Below are positions 56,880 through 64,000 of a stretch of 64,000 nt of DNA, in pieces. The notes under the pieces are model-generated. The model was given only the letters and a program-made list of their open reading frames with translations. It made no database searches and was not told the DNA's origin. The position numbers and the translations under genes are program-made. The stretch is from positions 32,550,001 to 32,614,000 of the forward strand of contig OX597830.1 in the NCBI GenBank assembly GCA_951406725.2, read 5' to 3'. Every line of letters begins with the position of its first letter. The first letter of the stretch is position 1. The DNA comes from Octopus vulgaris. Its lineage: Eukaryota.

Positions 56880-57170
56880 TCAGTGCTGGTGCCATATAAA
56901 AATCACTGCTGCTGGTGCCATGTAAAGAGCACTGGTGTTGGTGTCACTTAAAAAGCATTGATGCTGGTGCCATGTAAAAAGCTCTGGTGATGATGCCACA
57001 TAAAGAACACTGGTGTTGGTGTAATTGAAAAAGAGCTGGTGCTGGTGCCACATAAAATGCATTAGTGCTGGTGACACATAAAGAGCAATGATGTTGGTGC
57101 CATGTAAAGAGCCCTGGTGTTCATGCCACTTAAAAAGCACTTGACGGTGGCAAGTAAAAAGCACCCAGTA
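56880..57170 (+). repeat. 26-bp minisatellite (about 11 units) inside a family E element (about 56835-57325)
   Basis: Consensus approximately ggtgctggtgccacgtaaaaagcact, contiguous units. Confidence 0.85.
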
Positions 57171-57449
57171 CACTCTGTAAAGTGGTTGGCATTAGGAAGG
57201 GCACCCAGCCATTAAAACCATGCCAAAACAGACAATGGAGCCAGGTACAACTGTGACCTTACCAGCTCCAGTCAAACTGTCCAACCCATGCCAGCATGGA
57301 AAACAGACATTAAATGTTGATTGTGATAACAACACTTTAATATTTCTTTCTTGTCAGCATCACGAAGGGCAGTGTATTCCATAATGCTTCCATAAAATCA
57401 TCTCCTCAACTGCATCTTTATTTTTCTCTTATACCTACGGGCATATGCA

Positions 57450-57530
57450 TACGGGTATATGGCGTAGTGGTTAAGTGCGTGGGCTACTAACTCCAAGACT
57501 CCGTGTTCGATTCCAGGAAGTGACCTGAAC

Positions 57531-57562
<32 letters not shown>

Positions 57563-57690
57563 TAATAATGATAATAATATTAATAATATCGAAAAATACC
57601 CTAGGAATGAGAAGCCAGGTTCGAAATTTATAATGGCGGTGCATCAGCATGACCACAGCTCTGAGCTGAAACTACAGAAAAATAAAAAAA
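57450..57690 (+). mobile_element. tRNA-headed 5' half of family D fused to a CR1-LINE 3' tail
   Basis: A-box tggcgtagtgg 57460, B-box gttcgattcc 57505, (AAT)n, 57588-57629 matches 16256-16297 (39/42), then aatggcggtgcatcagcatgaccacagctctgagctgaaacta. Confidence 0.75.
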
Positions 57691-58731
57691 ATACTCTTGC
57701 AATCTGAAATAAACCCATCAGATCCTCACATTTCAGGACATTAACTAACCTCTTACTTTTGCTTCTCCACCTGTTAAGCACTTTTGACATCTTGATATTA
57801 ATAATACTTTTTGCTGTCTCTTTCTTCCAGTCTTTCTTCGCTTGTCTCATTAGCTGGTGTGTCTTCATTCGTTCATTATTTTCTTTCTACAACCATTTAT
57901 CCAGGTTTTCTTGGATGAGTTGGGTGAATATGTCATTTAAGGCATTGTTTTACAACCAGGTATCCTTCTTGGTTCTAGTTCTTACCCGTTTTTTTTTTTT
58001 TTTTGGTTTTTGAGAAAGACATCTCTTTTTCCTCACAGTTTTGAAAACAAGAAGTATCTGGATAATAACTCGACATCTCGACAGGTGACACTGACAACAA
58101 CAACACCAACAACACCATCCAGCCACACTCTCACAGATCACAAACGTAAATGAACATACAGACTCACACATGTACATACACACACATGCACACATATGCA
58201 CATACACATGCACACACACAAGTACATACATACACATGGACACATACATATATACACATACATACACATGCACACACATATGTACACACATGCACAAGCA
58301 CACACACGTGTACACACACATGCACACACACACACATGTATACTCACACACACACACACACACACACATACACATGCACACTTCCATCTACACACACACA
58401 CACTCACACACAAACACACACATATATATATATGCTGGTAGAGTCATTAGCATGCTGGGTGAAATGGTTAGTGGTATTTTGTCCATTCATACATTAGAGC
58501 AAATAAGACAAGTACCAGCTGAGTACTGAGGTTGACATAATCAGCTTAACTACTCCTGGGTAAGAGTATAAAAAAACTGAACCCCTCTGCCGATCCATGT
58601 TGAACCAGTATAGCAGATCTGGTTTATCAAACCACTAGGATCTCAAGCTCAGATTTATGTCCTCCACATCAGACTGTGGTTGGTGGAGAGAACATTTTGA
58701 GGCCTTCGTCCTGTAATGGATGGAACATAGG

Positions 58732-59280
58732 CAGTACCATTGCATGACGTTTAGTGGCCCCCTGTGACTTGTTTTTTTAGAGGACCCATCTCTTCAATCA
58801 ACATTCATTGTTCAATATCCCACGCCGTCCTAAATAACATCTTTAAAAACACAATAAGTTAAATTTATTCAGGTCTATTACACATTTCAGTAGGTAAAAC
58901 TTCCAGATGTGAATAAAAGTGAAGTTTTATAATCCAGGTAACCTTCAAAGACAAACACGGCACCCTTTTCGTTTCATGAAATCATCGATTGTTTAAGAAT
59001 AATCAAGCTGAGAGCTAAGTGTGTGTTCAATAGGTACCAAACAATCCACAGTCTGGTACATATTTGTGGTACAATGCAATATTTTTACAAGAACTTTTGC
59101 AGGTACAATGTATTATTATCATTTTATTTCTTGAAATTTTCAGTTGACATAATTTAATTTTTGTTAAACATCTTAGCAAAAGTAAATAGATGACTCATCT
59201 ATTTTGATCTTACATGAGGCATCTCAACAATGGAGGTCCCTTGTGACTGCAGTAATTGCAGGGGCTTAGCAACGGCCCTA
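58732..59280. mobile_element. Non-autonomous hAT transposon
   Basis: Perfect 8-bp TSD aacatagg (58724-58731, 59281-59288); degenerate TIRs; minus-strand DYS*TIDDFMKRK resembles a hAT transposase C-terminus. Confidence 0.75.
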
Positions 59281-60057
59281 AACATAGGCAATCCAATATA
59301 TATGCACACATACACACATATAGGTATATGTATGTATGCATGTTTATAAAGAGAGAGAGAAAGAGCGAGTGAGAGGGGGGAACAGATAGGGAAGCTATTT
59401 TAATAATTATATATCCACTACATCAGAAATCTACAATGGCTCCATAACTACCATCTTGGCTGTAACCTTGGAGCCCTAATAATCCATTACAGCACTTACC
59501 TAGTGTACCTAGTTGTTTAGATCACCTGTGAACTGAACTCCCTTGGATATAGGGAAACTATATATTGTTTTCATTTCTTCAGCAAAACACTTTTTCCTGC
59601 CCCTCTATCATATTTTCATATCTCTCAATACTATACGCTAATCAGTTGAGATGGTGGTTGGGGTCTTGACTCTTGAGTACCTGGTGACTTCATTAGTGTA
59701 GGTGCCACAAAAGAAGCACCCAGTAAACTCTGTAAAGTGGTTGGTGTTGGGAAAAGCATTCCAGTTGTAGAAACCCTGTGAAAGCAGATGCTGGAGATCA
59801 GTGCATCTCACTGGTTTGTTGGTTCCCATTGAACCATCCAGCCAATGCCAGCATGGAAGAAAGGGACATTAAATGATGATGTTGCTGCTGCTGCTGCTAC
59901 TGCTGCTGTTGATGATGACGATAAGGGTAACAGAGAGAGAGAGAGAGAGATGATGTATATATACATGCAGATAGACAACTACATACTCTCACATATGCAC
60001 GTGAATAAATAGATATCGATATAGGTATAGATAGACAAATATCAATATGTGTGTATT

Positions 60058-60105
<48 letters not shown>

Positions 60106-60180
60106 CACACTCACATCCACACATATATAGAGGGATATAAATGTAGTTTGACAAATATCAATATCAATATCAATGTGTGG

Positions 60181-60253
<73 letters not shown>

Positions 60254-60788
60254 CACATATATATATATGCTTGCTTATTCTTGTGCTAACAATGTTTTTT
60301 CATTGTCAATTGTAATTTACTCAACTTCATGATTTGTTTAATTGCCACAAGGGTTCAAAAATAAAAGAGCTGATCACAATACAATGTTATGCATACATGT
60401 GTATATACAAATATATATGTATATATATATGTGTGTATATATATGTATATATATATGTATGTGCATATATATATATATATATATATACATAGCATTTTAG
60501 TAACTAACCAACATATATATATATAGATATATATATATATATGCACATGATAGATTTGTTAATGCTGTTGTTCTAATTGTTGATGATGATGATAACAATG
60601 ACAAAGAAGGTGGTGATGGTGGTGGTGGCGGTGGTCATGGGGATAGGGTCGAGGGTGGTGGTGATTGGTACTGTTATTCTCAAGGCGTTCCACTGATGAA
60701 TCATATAAAAAGAATGACAATATCCCAATTGAATATACTTATAATTGACAAATGAAATTAATAATGATATAAAATACAACCTACATTG

Positions 60789-60829
<41 letters not shown>

Positions 60830-60830
60830 C

Positions 60831-60888
<58 letters not shown>

Positions 60889-61586
60889 CATATATATATA
60901 CTTATTACTTTATGTGTGTGTGGTGTGTATGTTCACGTGTGTTTGTATATAATTATATGTGTATATGCATATATTATTGAAATTTCTTTAGAATAAACTC
61001 TCTACCTATTTTACAGAGAGTGTATGCATGTGTGTGTATACATATATACACACATACATATATATATACATATATATATATTATGTAAAAATGTATGTAT
61101 ATATGTAGAAATACATACACATGTGCATATATATATATATATATGCGCACTCGACACACGCACATATATATAATATACTTACATGCACACACATATATAT
61201 AGATATATATACATACATATATACACATCCATACATCAATTCATTTATATATAGATGTTATTTACCTCTATGTATTTTATATACATACAGATACACACAC
61301 CCACACACATACATAATTTAGATTCGATTTTTTCTGATATCTTCCATAGTAAAATATCTTCAGGACAACAACCATCATAACAACAGCACCTAGAAAATCT
61401 ATATTATTAAAAAAAATTAACATAAAAATTATGCCATCTACAGGACGTATACCACTAAGGATAGCAATGTTAAATACAAAAAAAAAAAATGCAAAAGCAA
61501 AAATAGAAATGTCATATGAGACAACAAAAACAAAAGAAATAATAAAGTAAGAATTCATCATCAACAACATCAACAACAACAACAAC

Positions 61587-61629
<43 letters not shown>

Positions 61630-61649
<20 letters not shown>

Positions 61650-62870
61650 CAAGTCTTATGTGATGTGCCAGATGGAAGGACTCAGCTATTCTGAAATTAA
61701 TGAATGATAGGTTCATACTTGAGCAGAACTAACTGACCAAAACCCTCATCATCATCATCATTGTTCGACCGTGGTCGAGACAATGGAATTTACCATGCTA
61801 CGCCAGACTTCACAGTCCATCATGGCACTACGGAGGTCCTGTTGCTGGATGCCTGTATCCCTGGAGATTACATCAGGGTAGGAGAGTGTGCGCCCTCTGG
61901 TATCACAAGCAGATGGCTTCCAGAGGAGAAGAGTAGAAATTGCCTCGTTTTCAGCTCTACAACAATGTCCAGCAAACTGGACTCTCCTACCTTTCACAAG
62001 AGATGACACAGGTGGTAGTTTCCTGTGTCAGTGGGGTAGAAAGGGCTCCTTAGCCGTAGTAAAGGCAATCTGTCTAGGGAGATAACCTTACAATAAATCA
62101 CTCGGTCCGTAGCTTAGAAATACTGGGTTGACGTCCAGCGGGAACTGCTTTGTTTCATGGAGGAGCAAAGATCTTCTTTAGTGCTTGGTTGTACAATGCT
62201 TTCCAATGTGTGTAGTAGTGGCGAGCGCACACATTATTAGCCATTTGAAAAGACTATGGAATTTACCAAAACTCTACAACGACACCATCAATAACAGTAA
62301 TGCCATCACCAACACCATGACTGCTACCATCACAGCCATTAGCACCACTAACAACAACAACAACAATAATAACAACAGTAATATTCTTATGTGATGTGCC
62401 AGATGGAAGGACTCAGCTGAGCTGAACTCACTGACCAAAATTCTACAACAATACCATCAACAACAGTAATGCCATCACCACCACCACCTTGACTGCTGCC
62501 ATCGCAGCCATTAGCACCACTAACAACAACAACAATAACATTCTTATTTGATGTGCCAGATGCAAGGAGTTGGCTATTTTGAAATGAATGAATGATAGGT
62601 TCGTACTTGAGCAGAACTGACCGACCAAAACTCTACAACGACAACATCAGCAACAGTTGTACCATCACCCTCACCACCACTACCGTCACAGTCATCACCA
62701 CCTCTAACAAGAACATCAATAACACCAACACAACTACAAACAGTACTACCATGAAGTAGAGTAACAACAACAACAACAACAGCAACAATAACAACAACAA
62801 TCTTTTGTTCAGTGCCAGATGGAAAAACTCATCTACTTTGAAAAGAACAAATATTGCATTCATACTCAAT
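61630..62870. repeat. Four-unit degenerate tandem repeat (cttatgtgatgtgccagatggaagga...tgaccaaaa plus (AAC)-rich spacer)
   Basis: Units at about 61635, 62385, 62542 and 62802. Confidence 0.85.
61747..62023 (-). mobile_element. RTE-clade LINE 3' fragment with (GAT)n tail
   Basis: LPPVSSLVKGRRVQFAGHCCR...LLLWKP...RGRTLSYPD...AMMDCEVWR. Confidence 0.85.
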
Positions 62871-63625
62871 TAAAACTGTCTGGGGACTAATCAACGATGA
62901 CAATAATAATAACAACAACAACGACAACAAATATAGCAAAATGCTATGTTTGGAAACTTTGGAATATTGGAATAAATTTCGCTATAGAAATTACAATCCA
63001 AGTGAAGTTTAACCCTTCCCTGAACATATTTCTAATATATTCATGGAATAACTTGTTCATGTGTTTTAAGTAATTTTTAAAATAATTAAAAATTTCAAGG
63101 GATTTATTAATTTACGTTTTCTGTTTATTGATGTATTGAGCTAGTGTTTGAAACACAAGCCAACAATAAGTTGTTAAATAAAATTATGAAGAGATTTATC
63201 AAATTAAAATTCATTTGCTCATTAATTTTTACGTCCGTTTTCCTATGCCAGCATGTGTTAGATGAATGTATATCATTGTGATATTCCTTATATCAAACTT
63301 AGCATAGATACCTTATTAGCCTTGAAAGATCGTCTCTTATATGTGCTTGCTGCATAAAACACATACACAGATCGTAGCAGACAAAATTTGTCTGTCATGA
63401 CAGCTGGAATTCCCATATCACATGATCTTGGTCTATTGGAAGCACCAATTTTTGGTCTCTTGGCAGAACTCAGTGGGAAGCACCAATGACCAAATATCAG
63501 TCAAATCTCACTGATATGATATAAAGAATTTTAGCATCTTTTTTCAATTGCTGATGTCAATGAAATTGACTTTTCTTTCCCCACAAATTTCTGCCCTCTT
63601 GTCTATGTTGGGACCAATTATTAAT

Positions 63626-64000
63626 GTTGGTGAACTGGCAGGGCCATTAGCAATGGCAATGGGCTTCAGAGTTGTTAACATGTCAAGCAAAAATGCTTAG
63701 CGGTATTTCATCTGTCTTTATGTTCTGAGTTCAAATTTCACCGAAGACAACTTTGCCTTTCATCCTTTCGGGGTCGATAAAATAAGTGCTGGTTGAACAA
63801 TGGGGTCGATGCAATCAGCTAGTCCCCTCCCCACCAAATTTCAGGCCTTGTGCAGAATGGATTATTATTATTACTATTATTAGTATTATAATAATTATTA
63901 TTATTACTACTATTATCATAATTATTATTATTATTATTACTATTATTATTATCATTATCATTAAGGCAGCGAACTGGCAGAATTGTTAGCCTGCCGAGCA
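63626..64000 (+). mobile_element. Two SINE family B copies separated by (ATT)n
   Basis: 63626-63860 and a head at 63963-64000. Confidence 0.8.

Noticed and set aside
56880-57170. 26-bp repeat array as a CRISPR
   Set aside because: Units are contiguous and degenerate with no unique spacers or cas genes; this is a minisatellite within a eukaryotic retroposon.
57700-58090. Minus-strand coding-like stretch as a host exon
   Set aside because: It has stops and no splice signals; at best a decayed RTE linker, too weak to annotate.
61630-62870. Repeat-spacer pattern as CRISPR-like
   Set aside because: The spacers are mutually related AAC/ACC low-complexity tracts; this is an ordinary tandem duplication.

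Overview
This is non-bacterial, AT-rich, extremely microsatellite-dense animal DNA. The tRNA-derived SINE families and the repeat landscape look like a coleoid cephalopod, probably Octopus (recognition and inference, not a database result). No confident host protein-coding gene is visible, and nearly all listed ORFs are microsatellite read-throughs. The window is a transposon graveyard: a CR1-type LINE 3' end, Tx1/L1-type and RTE fragments, at least 7 R4/Dong-type fragments nested in (TAA)n tracts, rosa-like and DD37D/maT Tc1-mariner relics, hAT MITEs, a non-autonomous Helitron, several SINE families, and a Penelope-like element (PLE; RT C-terminus plus GIY-YIG) with a 247-bp inverted pseudo-LTR. 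The best lead is a set of minimal type I hammerhead ribozyme (HHR) motifs. One lies in the PLE pseudo-LTR. Another lies in a short non-coding family that inserts as TSD-flanked, Penelope-style inverted duplications and is linked by 39/42 nt identity to a tRNA-derived Pol III head. This is a candidate hammerhead-bearing SINE mobilised by Penelope-like elements. Two other SINE families share 3' tails with the CR1 and Tx1 LINEs in the window. Coordinates were read by eye and may be a few nt off.
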